The position numbers were made by a program, and so were the translations under genes. A stretch of 63,591 nt of DNA, filler included, from Cercozoa sp. M6MM (taxonomy: Eukaryota; Protista; Endomyxa: Ascetosporea), in the NCBI GenBank assembly GCA_040357565.1. It is 8 parts of 8 records of this genome, joined end to end, with 100 filler letters (N's around TTAATTAATTAA, not from the genome) between each part and the next. Parts side by side here need not be neighbours in the genome. Positions count along the whole stretch, not along the records: positions 1 to 14,842 come from JBDODJ010000320.1; positions 14,943 to 18,978 come from JBDODJ010001237.1; positions 19,079 to 36,874 come from JBDODJ010000254.1; 5 more parts are not named here. One strand, written 5' to 3'. Positions 11,448 through 23,290 of this stretch are shown in pieces (position 1 is the stretch's first letter; the number at the start of each line of letters is the position of its first letter). Under the pieces are notes generated by a model. That model had not been told where the DNA came from, ran no database searches, and saw only the letters and a program-made list of their open reading frames with translations.

Positions 11448-12825
11448 ATGAGTGGCAGCGTTGCTGAGTCACAGCGAGAAATCCAGGCGTACTTGGAGGA
11501 GCACCGCATCTCACAGTTGCTGAACGCGTGCTTCACTCGCCTGCTCCTCACGCGGGTAGCTTTTTGCCTTTTCATGCTAAAACTGCAACCAAGAATATTA
11601 CTAGTTCGCTGTTTCAACCGATAGCCCGAGGCACCACGTGCTTTCCTTGCGGAGACTTTTGCGCGCATTCCAGCCATCAAAGTCTTTCGAAATGGCGAAG
11701 CGTCCCAGGAGAATTACCGTGCAATTTTCGAACTGTTTGACGGACACAACAAAGACCAAATTCTGAGCGAGCAGGCCCGGGATGCTCTTGTGTTGGCAGG
11801 TTTTGGTGAAGCGGTGCGTTGCACTTTTGGAACGATCCTCTGTCGGCTTTTGCACATTACTTTGGTCAGGAAGCTGAGGCTGCAGTTAAGCAAGTTTCAG
11901 TCGAAGAAAGTGCCATCTCTTTTGACGCGTTCTATTCACTGTGGTACCTCTGTTTTTCCACTCTGGCTTAGTCATTGTCCCTTGATCAACGCAATTCGGC
12001 GTAGCAAGCCGCAAGTCAAGGACGTCAGCAGCACTGAAGCTGAAAAGGGCACCTCTGTCGAAGAGGTTGAACAAGAAGAGGCTTCGACCGAGTCACTGAA
12101 GGGCGACGAAGAACCCGTCGCTGTCGAAGAGCCCGAGCCCGAGCCCGAGGTCGAAACTGAGCCAGAAGCTACCGAAGAAGCGGTCGAAGCTGAGAAAAAC
12201 GAAGAGGAACAGACGACTGAAGAATCTGTTGCTGCTGGTATGCGTCGGTCCATTCGTTTTTTTTTCACCAACTGGTGTAACCGCAGAGGAACAGCAAGAC
12301 GAGCAGTCGGAGGAGCAAGCATATCAGATGGAAGAGGAAGAAACCCAGCAAGAGGAAGCTCAGCAGGAGGAGGAAGCTCAGCAGGAGGAGGAGGCGCAGC
12401 AAGAGGAAGAGCAACAACAGGAGGACGAGCATCGACAGGAGGAAGAGGAGATGATTTCGGCGGAAGCTCAGGAGCAAGTGCCTGTGGAGGAGCAAGTGCC
12501 TGTGGAGGAGCAAGTGCCTGTGGAGGAGCAAGTGCCTGTGGAAGAAGTGCAGACGCCTGCCAGTGAAGAGCAAGCCCAAGAGGCGCAAGAACAAGAAGTG
12601 TCGCAACAGCACGAAGAGGCCAACGAAGAGGAGCCTGAGGACGTCGCCACCGAGGCCGAGAACGTCGAGTCCGCCGAGTCCGAGGCGCTTGAAGACGCTG
12701 CCACTGAGGCCGAAAACGTCGACTCCGTCGAAGAACAGGCTGAAGAACCGACCACGCCTGAGCAAACGACGGAAGCCAAAGGCTCCGCCGAGCACGCTGA
12801 AGAGCCCAAGCTTTCTGAAGACTGA
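11448..12825 (+). CDS. EFCAB10-like protein (RIIa/Dpy-30-type docking domain + EF-hand) with long E/Q-rich tail
   Basis: MSGSVAESQREIQAYLEEHRISQLLNACFTRLLLTR|PEAPRAFLAETF..NYRAIFELFDGHNKDQILSEQARDAL, followed by an acidic tail with EQVPVE repeats. Confidence 0.65.
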
Positions 12826-13538
12826 GCTGAGACACAACTCGACCGCCCGGCCATCCGAACTGAACTGAACTTGAAGTTCATTCATTGTTTCACTTTTCCG
12901 GGCGCTTGTGCAGAAGCGAAGCTTATTGTTACCGCATGACGGGGCCGAATTGCCAGTAATTTAGCCGAAATTTACATCAAATTCCATTAAACTGTCCTGT
13001 TAAACGTCGACATCAAGGTCATCATCACACTCTGGACCTCCTCATCCTCGTCGTCCACCTCCTCATTGTCGCTCTCGTCGTCCACCTCCTCATCGTCGCT
13101 CTCGTTGTCCACCTCCTCGTCGGTCTTGACGCTCCACCACATCAAGCGCACCGTCATCGACGGACAGCGGATACGCATGGCGGGGCCAAATTACCTTTTG
13201 CCAAAGCTGCAAGTTACCTTTGAAAACAGGCAGAAAGATGGCGAGCTTAAGTGGTCAGACATATACCTACTATGTCATTCCATGCCAGCGGGCGTGCCAA
13301 TGATCAAAGAAACAACATGTCCCGTGGTCGTATCGATTCCTCCACGTCGATTGTGAGCAATCAAACGAATTTGAAACTGACGTGAAGCGAAGTTAGACTT
13401 CAGCCAACGTGAGTGGCGTGTATCCGAATGAATTTCGCGAACGGTGAACTGAAGAAAGAAAAAAAGAATTTCGCAAAAACTGAAACGAAAAGGCTAAAGC
13501 GCTGGGGCAACTCGCTCTCACTCGGTGTGTCAGTTCGG

Positions 13539-14760
13539 TTATTGCTGAAGGAAGGTGCCGGGCATGGGGTCGCGAGCTTGGTGCGCCTCCTCCATGGAAG
13601 GCGGCATGTACTGCTCGAGCACAAAGGCGTCGCCGTGACGGTTCAGTGGGTTCAGTCGCTCGCGCATCTCGCGCGCGAAGGCCTCGTCGTAGCGACGCGG
13701 GTCCTGCACGAAACGCACCGAATCAACACCGACAGAAACAGGAGACAAGGCTAGATGTCGTACCAGGAAACTGAAGGTCTGGTGCATGTGGTGCGGCTTG
13801 ATCTTGAGGTCCTCGAGTGTAAGCACATCCGAAGCACTGCGGTCGCCCGGAATCAAGTACGATGTCGGCGACAGTCGCGGGTGAAGCATGCTACAAACAC
13901 ACACAAGACACATATGTCTCTTATTCTCAAGGCACATGCAAGCAAAGGATACCGCCAGATGTCGACCGGCCAGTACACGGCCTGTCCAGTCTGGACAGGG
14001 TCGTGGTTCTCGGCGAGGTCGAGGTACTCCTCCCTGAGGAAGGTGACACGAGAAGTAACAAGACATATACAAGACAGGCCAAAGGGAGGGTAGCGGGTAC
14101 GTCTCTCGGTCGCTGAGCACGTGCGTCTTGTACAATTCGTGCGTTTGCGAGCCTGTATTAGGCAGGTGCGATAGTTTGCAACACACAAGTCGATGATAGG
14201 GGGGGTACCCTCACGGTAGAGTTCGTCGCACAGCGCCTTGTAGGACACGAGGTCGGGACCAGAGCACTCAACGACACGGCCCTTGCTGGTACGCGGGTAC
14301 TGCAGCACGCGCACCACCGCCTTGGTCACGTCGTTCACGTCGACCGGCGAGAGCGGCGCCAGACCACCTTGGTCACCCCACGGGATCAACTGTGCAAAAG
14401 GCACAAGTCTCAAGGGTACAAGGATACAACAAAGGCTACACAAAGGGCAGAAGGCAAGGCTACCAGTTTGGGTGAACCGGCCACGGCCATAAGCAGGTTG
14501 TTGATGCACCAGTCGCGCGTGCCGAACACGAAAGACGGACGCAGAATGGTGGCCTCGGGCATGTGGTGTCGCACCTTCTCCTCGGAGAGACCCTTGGTGC
14601 GCAGCACCTTGGAGAACGACTCCGGGTGCGCACCGAGGTGCGAGAAGTGCACCATGTGACGCACGCCGCACTCCTTGGCCGACTTGGCGATCATCTCGGC
14701 CGTCAGCGTGTTCACGTCGTGCAACGAGTAGTTCGCCACTGGCCGGTGCGAGCCCACCTG
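13539..14760 (-). CDS. NDUFA9: NADH dehydrogenase (complex I) 39-kDa subunit, 5'-truncated at contig end
   Basis: YSLHDVNTLTAEMIAKSAKECGVRHMVHFSHLGA..RTKGLSEEKVRHHMPEATILRPSFVFG..PVDVNDVTKAV; atypical SDR pattern. Confidence 0.8.
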
Positions 14761-14805
14761 TACACACATATGTATGTATAGTATTTACTTATGATATACA
14801 TATAA

Positions 14806-14842
<37 letters not shown>

Positions 14843-14942
14843 NNNNNNNNNNNNNNNNNNNNNNNNNNNNNNNNNNNNNNNNNNNNTTAATTAATTAANN
14901 NNNNNNNNNNNNNNNNNNNNNNNNNNNNNNNNNNNNNNNNNN
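14843..14942. other. Artificial contig-join spacer (N-run, TTAATTAATTAA, N-run); same at 18979-19078, 36875-36974, 43399-43498, 45154-45253, 55735-55834, 60968-61067
   Basis: The same 100-nt construct with a six-frame stop linker occurs seven times, and genes are truncated beside it. Confidence 0.97.
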
Positions 14943-17900
14943 GGGTAAAGGGACAGGGGTAGTGGGGAGGGGGCAAAAACCTCATGCGTCATGCGGAAGC
15001 GCGACAGGCCAATGTCGATGTTGTAGGCGCGCTTGCTGTCAATAAGCGAGACCTTCTCGACCTTTTTCTTGGCCGGCTTATCGGCACCGCCTGCACCTGT
15101 CAGGCCCACAGGTGTATCACAAGTGTATTCACAGGTGTACTCACAGGTGTGTCCGCGCGGAGACTCAAATATACCAGCTATACAACACAGTAGGTGTACC
15201 AGGCTTCTTGAGTGTCTTGGCCTTCTTGGCGGCAAAGAGCGACTCGAACTCGTCGACGTCCAGCGGCACGTCGTCGTCCTTGAGGTCCTTCCACAGCGTC
15301 TGCTTGATGCTGTTGACACCGACCTGCGCCCACCGCAGTCGCTTCATCTCCACATTCGGCTTGATCTTCGGCCGCTCCGGCAGGTCCGGCGGCCGCTGCG
15401 ACAGGGAGTTAAGACAGAAGGGGACCGGGGGTTAAGACACGGGCAAGTACCTGAGGCTTGCCGAACAGACCGATCGGCGGTGGGCCACCTAGGGTGGGAG
15501 TAAGGGGAATAGGGGGAGGGTAAGAAGGGGGCAAGAAGGGGGCAAGAAGGGGGGTATACCTGCACCGCCAAGTGGCGGCGGTCCTCCCAGAGGCGGCGGA
15601 GCAGCAGCGCCGGGCGGCAGTGCGCCAGGCGGCGGCGCAGCACCTGTCCGCGCGGACACTTCTCGTACAAACCGATACACAAGATTGTAGTACCTGGGGG
15701 ACCTGCACCCGGGGGAGGGGCAGCACCTGGGGGAGGAGCAGCTCCCGGGGGAGGGGCAGCACCAGGAGGAGGAGCAGCACCTGGGGGAGGAGCAGCACCC
15801 GGAGGAGGCGCTGCAGCCGGCACACCCATGCCTGGAGGCGGTGCAGCAGCTGGGAGGGGGTAAAGGTAAGTAGGGTAAATAGGGAGGGGGTAAAGACAAA
15901 GCACCAGGCACACCCATGCCCGGAGGCGGCGCAGCAGCTACGAGAACATGGGGGGTAAAGGGGTAACGGGGGGGGGGGGGGAAAACCCCGGTTACCCGGG
16001 CCCCCCCAACCCCGGGGGGGGGGCACCACCGCGGCCCCCCCCTGGCCGGAGGCGGNNNNNNNNNNNNNNNNNNNNNNNNNNNNNNNNNNNNNNNNNNNNN
16101 NNNNNNNNNNNNNNNNNNNNNNNNNNNNNNNNNNNNNNNNNNNNNNNNNNNNNNNAAAGCCACGTGTACCAGGCACACCCATGCCCGGAGGCGGTGCAGC
16201 AGCCGGCACGCCCATGCCAGGAGGCGGCGCAGCGGCTACACCAGTCCATATCAAGGTCCAGACGGACAGACACACCAGTCCATATGGACACAACTTGCAC
16301 AGACGTACCTGGGATTCCGGGAGGTCCGGCAGCTCGCGGCACGCCTGGTGGCGGGGCTGCAGCTGGGGGGGGGTAAACAGGGGGGTAGAGAGGGAGAAAT
16401 AAGAGAGAGGCAAGAGGGAGGTAGGGGGGGGGGGGTAAAGAGGGGGTAAAGATCTAGCAAGCTACCAGGCACACCCATGCCAGGAGGCGGTGCAGCCGCC
16501 GGTACGCCCATGCCTCCGGGCGGAGGCGGCGCAGCTCCCGGCACTCCGGGCGGACCGGCTGCACGCGCGCCGCCGCCGGCCGGTCGCGTCGCCAGTTGTT
16601 TCTGCAGCTGCTGTACCTTGTCCTCGGCCGACGCCTTGGCCACCTGCGCCTGGTGCAGCTCCCTACGGGGGAAGGGGGTAAAGAGGGGTAAAGAGGGGGG
16701 GGGGGCGGGGGTCAAGAAGGGGGAGTACTGTCGCTGCGCCTCCATCTGCTTCTCGAGTTCGGCGACGCGCGCGTCCGACAGCGAGGTCTCCTCGGCAGCA
16801 CGCGACTCCAGCATCTGCTTCAGCTCGGCGTACTTGACCTTCTTCCAGGCTGTCCAAGTGGCAGTACAAATGGACACGTAGATATGTACAAATGATATGT
16901 ACAAATGGACAGGTACAAATGGACTTGTACAAAGTAGCCACGCAGCTAAGGCTTACCTTCGGCCTCGTCCAGAGCGTCGGGCAGCACGCGCAGTGCGGCC
17001 GCCAGCGTCGTCGTCGCCGTCTGCCAGGCGAACTCGCCCTGTACACAGGTCCATTTGTACAGGTACACAGGTCTATTTACACAGGTCCATTCGGACACAG
17101 ATACAGGGTCCATACGGACCCCCTTGGGACAGCAGCTACCCGCAGTCGGTCGTCCGGCACGTACAGCAGCTCCTGCAGCGTCGTCAGCAAGAAGTGCGAG
17201 AAGGCGTTCTCCTGCGCGCCCTGCTTGAGGAAGTCGTACACGGCGTCAATGTCCGAGAGGTCCAGCGTGTCGCGCGACACCTGCCGCACGTCCTCGCCGC
17301 GCAGTGTATCTACTCGGGGGGGGGGGGGGGCGCAACCGGGGGGTAAACGGGGGGATAAAGGGGGGGGATAAACGGGGGGGGGGGGACAAACAGCGGGCAG
17401 GGACAAACAGGGGGGTAAACAGGGGGTAAACACACCAAACAATTCGATCTGAGTCTTGAGCTGCGCGAACGAGTCGTACGAGTCGTCGCTCGCGTTCTCC
17501 TCCGCCAGTGGACGCAGCTAAAATACAACAACACGCGTGTTTCGACCTGGTCTAGTAGAACAAGATTGCCCAGGTCGTACCTGACACAAGGCAGTGCCCA
17601 GAGCGCAGTCGAAAAGTTCCTGACGCAGTCGCACGCGATCATCCAACGAGTCTTCGGCATTCACCAGCACGTTCACCTGGGGGAGGGGTAACAGAGATAA
17701 ACAGGGGGGGGGTAAACAGGGGGGTAAACGTGTGACAGTCTACCAGAGTGAGCACGTCCTTCTTGAGGTCAATGTTCTTACTGCTCTCCTTGAGCATGTT
17801 GATCAGCAGACTGTAGCGCGACGAGGCCGGGTACTTGCCGCGGTACACCTCCAACGCGTGGTTCAGCAGACCTGCTCGGGAACAGGGGTAAGGGGTAAGG

Positions 17901-18978
17901 GGTAAGGGTGGGTAAGGGGGAAGGGGGAAAACACACCGAGACCGCCCTCGGTGAGCCAGGCAATCACCGTGAGAATCTGTACGACCTCGGTCTTGACGTG
18001 ATCGTTGCGCGTGCGTAGCCATTCCACCAGGTTCACCTGCCCGGGTAAAGAGAGGGTAAAGAGGGAGGCAAAGAGGGGGTAAAGAGGGAGGCAAAGAGGG
18101 GTAAAGAGGGAGGCAAAGAGGGNNNNNNNNNNGGGGTAAAGAGGGAGGCAAAGAGGGGTAAAGAGGGAGGCAAAGAGGGAGCAAAGAGGGAGGCAAAGAG
18201 GGGGTAAAGAGGGAGGCAAAGAGGGGGTAAAGAGGGGGGTATACCACAGCATTTTCGTGCTGCGTGAGTGTCTCGAGACCGAATTCGCTTTTCGCGAACT
18301 TTCGCAGCGCCTTGGCCACTTCCTGTGCGCGTGCGGATTGGTACCACAAACTGATCTCTCACTCACTCTCATGATCCAACAGTCAGTCAGACATTCCCCA
18401 GTCAGTCAGACCAGCCAGTCAGATGATCCTCAGTCTGATACCTCTAGCATGGCGTCACTCGTGTTGAGTCCGAGTTCGAAGAGCGCCGACAGACCGTCTG
18501 CATTCATACGGGGGGAGGGTAAAGGGGGTTAGAGGGGATTAGAGGGGATTAGAGGGTTGGGGGAATGGGGCAAAACAGCACGCACCGCCGTGAGCGAACT
18601 GCTCGATCCAGTCGTCGTTTTTGGCCGACATGACCGCGCGGAAGGTCTGCACGTCGTCCGCCGTCACTGGCGGCTGTGCACAAACAGGGTCATTTTACCC
18701 CCCCCCCCCCCCCCCCGCAAGACAGAAGAACCGTGGTGAGTTGCGTGAGCCAGAATTCGGGTTTCTCGTCCTCCTTGTCGTCGGCAGCGGCCGCTTGAGC
18801 CGATTCCTGCAGGGAGGGTCCAAACGTACAGTACAAAGAGACAGGGTACACACTGGACAGAACAGCACAGTACACACGGACAAAGAAGTGTACCTGACAC
18901 AGGAGCTGCCACTTCATCACCACGGGCAGTTCGCGCATCGGCTTGCGCTTGTCCTCCGAGAAGCCCTGTCACGGGGGG
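14943..18978 (-). CDS. Diaphanous-related formin (GBD/FH3, FH1, FH2), truncated at both contig ends
   Basis: GBD MRELPVVMKWQLLCQ; poly-Pro FH1 (AAPPPGMGVPG)n; FH2 MKRLRWAQV..TLWKDL..EFESLFAAK and VSLIDSKRAYNIDIGLSRF. Confidence 0.92.
18042..18240. repeat. Intronic minisatellite (GGGGTAAAGA/GGGAGGCAAAGA)n
   Basis: Direct; lies inside a formin intron and is C-rich on the sense strand. Confidence 0.9.
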
Positions 18979-19078
18979 NNNNNNNNNNNNNNNNNNNNNN
19001 NNNNNNNNNNNNNNNNNNNNNNTTAATTAATTAANNNNNNNNNNNNNNNNNNNNNNNNNNNNNNNNNNNNNNNNNNNN

Positions 19079-19127
<49 letters not shown>

Positions 19128-19817
19128 ATAACGCTGAGTATCGCTGTGTTTGCTGATCAATTGTTGCTGCTGCCTTGGACGGCGTACTCGTGCTACTTTT
19201 TGCAACAGGTACCCTGCTTTCCAGTCTCTCATCCCCTTCTTGCCTCAAGGGTCTCTCTTACTCCTTGCTAGTCGCTGGACGCCGGCGGCTTGCTCAACAT
19301 GGTGATATGACGCGCTGCCCAAGTCGTTATCGCATGGCACTTTCGTTTTGTCCACTTGGCAACTGAAGCACGTCAGGGCCACTATCATACCCCGGCCGGA
19401 GCTAGCGCGCTCTACCACTCGACTGTACCGTACAACTAAACGCCAACTGAACCGAACCCAAACTTACGTGAATTCGAATTCATTGAAACCAATCGAACGA
19501 ATTGCTGTCGCTTGCAACAAACGAATGAAACTCCGAACACTTTCGTCTTGCGTCCTCAGCTCGTGGTTAACTAAAGGGGATTCCAAACTGAAGGCACAGA
19601 CGGACCAACGGACGGCAAGCCACTCGACTGGCCGACTGTACTCACTCGCCGTAATCGAGGCTCGCATCGCTACGGGTACGTAAAGTACGCAGATCACTCA
19701 GTACTTGTCATTCAACGCGAATTATTCGACTCTCTTCGCCGACCCGTCGCATAATCAGAGCACGGATCCGGATCCGGTCTCGGCTCATCGCATGATCAGA
19801 GTACAGTCGGCACGGAC

Positions 19818-20329
19818 TTACAAAGCGGCCTTGGGTCCCATGGAGCGGCTTTTCTTCTCAATGGCACGTGCCATTTGCTGTGGTATCGAGCGAGATAAAA
19901 CCATATACGTGTGGCCAACCTGGCTCGAGAGTTCAAGAGTACCTCGACTTGCTCCTCGGGCACGAGCGGCGGGCGGTACAGCCATTCGCCGCCATCAACG
20001 ACTAAAGGTTTGGTAGTATATGAGGGGGATAGACCTAGATGATGACAACATGATGGCATGACACGGTACCGAGATTGGTGCCATTGACGTAGCTCGCGGC
20101 AGGACTGCACAGAAACACGGCGGCCTGGCCAATGTCGGTTGTCTTGCCCTGTTGCAGACACCACACATCACAACCGACCAACAGTAGGGAAGGGAGGCAA
20201 GTGAAGGAAAAGGAGGCAGGGAAAAGGGAAGGGTGCGGCGTACCATGCGACCGAGCGGCACGGCTTCCTTCATGATCTGCTCGACCATGGCCTTGGCACC
20301 CGGTGCCAGCTTTGTCATCTGCGTCAGCA

Positions 20330-20377
<48 letters not shown>

Positions 20378-21418
20378 AGTCGGTTAGATAGGATCAAACA
20401 TACGCCGGGTGTGTCAGCAATGGGACCAGGCGCGACACCGACGACGCGAATGCCGTGCTTGCCCCACTGCACTCAGTGCACATCAGGCATAACACCACAC
20501 TAGGCAGAGATGGCCACAAGGCCTACCTCAAGACCGAGCGTACGCGTAAGCGAGTCGATGGCGGCCTTGGCGGCTGACGAGTGTGCCTGCAAGTAGGGGG
20601 CATCAAGAGCACATCCAAGACAATTTAAAGAGCGCACCTGGAACCACGTGGCACCGTAGTGCAGCGTCATGGAGACACTCAGGATGACCGAGTCCTTCTT
20701 TTCGTTGCTCTTGAGAGCCTCCTGTATCATAACATATACACATATGCATATACAAGAGAGGCCAGTGCAACTGCAGGAGAGGAGTACAAAGCAGGTGCGA
20801 CTCATGTTAAACGTGCCAACCGTGTCGATCTCCATCACGGTGCGGAACGCGCGGAGAGACAACTGCTTGGCCGGGCACCTTTCAACGCACACACAGACAG
20901 ACACAGACAGATATCAGGAGTGTGCATCAGCAGGAGAAGGGAGGGGAGTTAAAGAGCTACAGGAAGTTGCCGGCAGCAGCGTTGATGAGCGTGTCGACGT
21001 GGCCGTAGAGTTTCACCGTGCTGTCCAGCACGCGCTGCGCGTCCTCACCACTGCGCACCTGTCCAAACGCACAGCGTTTCCTTTCGCTCTTCTTGCACGA
21101 CACACACTGTGCTTGCAGACACAAAAGGCAGCGCTACATCGCCGGCAGTGAAAGCGGCGCGAATGCCCTCCGCCTCGAGCGCCGCAACGGCCTTCTGCAG
21201 GAAGCTCTCGCGCCGGCCCATCAGCATCAGCGACGTGCCGTGCAGACCCAGCTGCCGCGCGATCTCAAAACCGATGCCGCTGCCGCCGCCAGTCACTTCG
21301 CAAACAACACGCACAAAGGTATATCCTTCTCCTGACACAGCGAGCGAATGGGAAAAAACACACCAATCGCGACACGACCTTGCAGGCAGTCGCGCTTGAA
21401 AACGGAATCTGATGCCAT
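19818..21418 (-). CDS. DECR2: Peroxisomal 2,4-dienoyl-CoA reductase (SDR), 11 exons
   Basis: VTGGGSGIG, INAAAGNFLCPA..LS..AFRTVMEIDTVGTFN, TLHYGATWFQAHSSAAKAAIDSLTR..LEWG, APGPIADTPG, VVDGGEWL; all introns GT-AG. Confidence 0.92.
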
Positions 21419-21650
21419 GACGAACGTTTAGTGGCTTGGGTATACTCCGTTTGCACACGCACAGAGCTCCTGATGTACAGTAGCGCACAACAATATCTTT
21501 GCAATGACGGTTTTTCCATATTTTTTGCACCATGCGTTTCACGTCGCCACACCGACCATCAAAAAATAAAACGAAAGCACGGCAGTCCGCCCGGTACGGT
21601 AGTACAGACAAACGTCAGTACAGTAGGTAATTCACTAGCAACGGGTATGC

Positions 21651-23236
21651 TTAAAATCGTCGCCTTCGCCGCTGCTGCGAGAGCGAGAGTGACGGCATAC
21701 TCACCGAGCCGGACTGCGAGGCAGAGCGCGAATGCCTGGGCATGCCACAGGTACAGCACCGTACGGTATGACAGTTAGGGGAGTATTGAAAGAGAGGGAG
21801 AAGGGTCCACTGGTGGGCGGGAAGTCTACCTCGGATGCCGGTGTCGCCGGTAGGACTCCATGTCCGGCAGAGGCGACACGCGGTCGCTGTCCTCTGAATG
21901 ATACTGCATGCCGGCTTCCTCTGCACACACCACACACACACACATACACATAGGGCACATACATACATACACGTACCCTCGCTGTTGTACAGAGAGTCCA
22001 TCGGCTCGAGAGGCGGCAACTCGATCTGCGGACGGTTTTTCTGGTCCCGTGGTCGTCTCGAAGTGGTCCGACTGCGGCTCCGGCTTTGGCTCCGACTCCG
22101 GCCCCGGCTCTTGCGCGAACGATAACTCCGCTCGAACTCTTCGTCGCTGTCTTCGATGGCGTACAACCTGCGCACACGGAGGGGGTAAACGGAGGGGAGG
22201 GTCAAGAGGGGGTAAACGGGGGGGGCGCGGGGTAAACAGAGGGTAAAGAGGGGGCTAAACAGGGGTAAAAGCGTCCTACTTGTGTGCGTAGAGATCGGCA
22301 TGCGCACGCGCAACGTTGGGCGACGCCAGCGGCGGTGTCGACGTGGGTGTGCCTGTTTCACACATACTCATTTTGGCAAGGGTCAAGGGGTAAAGAGGTC
22401 AAGGGGCCAAGGGTCAAAGGAAAAGAGGTCAAGGGGTCAAGGTCAAATGGTGGGGGGGGGGGTGAACATAGACCAACCCGGCGTAGAGTCTTCCAGGTCG
22501 TACAGAGGCGACTCTTTGTCGGTGTCTACAGGAGCCCCTAGTATGACGCGCCTTAAACCAAAAGGAAACGTGCGAGTACACTCGGAATGGCGTCGCTTCT
22601 TTTGACAACAGGGGCTACAAATTCGGGTCACAAATGGACAGGACATATGTACAGTACATATGTACAGTACACATGGTGGTCTATGAGAGCAGGTACAACA
22701 AACGGAAGCAGCGACGCACCATGCCCCACTTGTGAGCCAGCACGTTCGCATGCAGGTGCAGTCCGTACACCACCAGGGTCACCGCTGACAATACACGGGG
22801 GTAAACAGGGGGTAAACAGGGAGTAAACAGGGAAAACAGGGCGTATACAGGGGGGTAAGTAAACGGGGGGGGGGATAACAGAAAGGTAAAGCTACCACGC
22901 GCGGCAAAGAGCGCCGTGGGCGACGTGCCCGTCTGACCGACAAAGTGGACAACGAGTGTGCCCACCTGTCCAGTACACACATACACACATATATGTATCT
23001 GCATATGTGTATTTATGTATAGGTGTCTGTATATGTATGTCTATGCATATATATATATAAGTATGCAGATGTGTGTGTGTACGACAGAGAAGAAAGCCAG
23101 CGAGAACACGACGTAGGCGTCGATACGCACATCACCTGGGAGGTAGGGGGACACACACACATACACACATACATATAGATATCTCCATTTATATACATAT
23201 AATATAACTAGGCAGAGAGAGAGAGAGAGAGAGCGC

Positions 23237-23290
<54 letters not shown>

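Noticed and set aside
14887-14898. TTAATTAATTAA recurring seven times
   Set aside because: Always centred in identical N-runs; it is an artificial six-frame-stop linker, not biology.
19125-19390. Possible first exons of a minus-strand gene at the contig edge
   Set aside because: Short, no recognisable motif, frame ambiguous.
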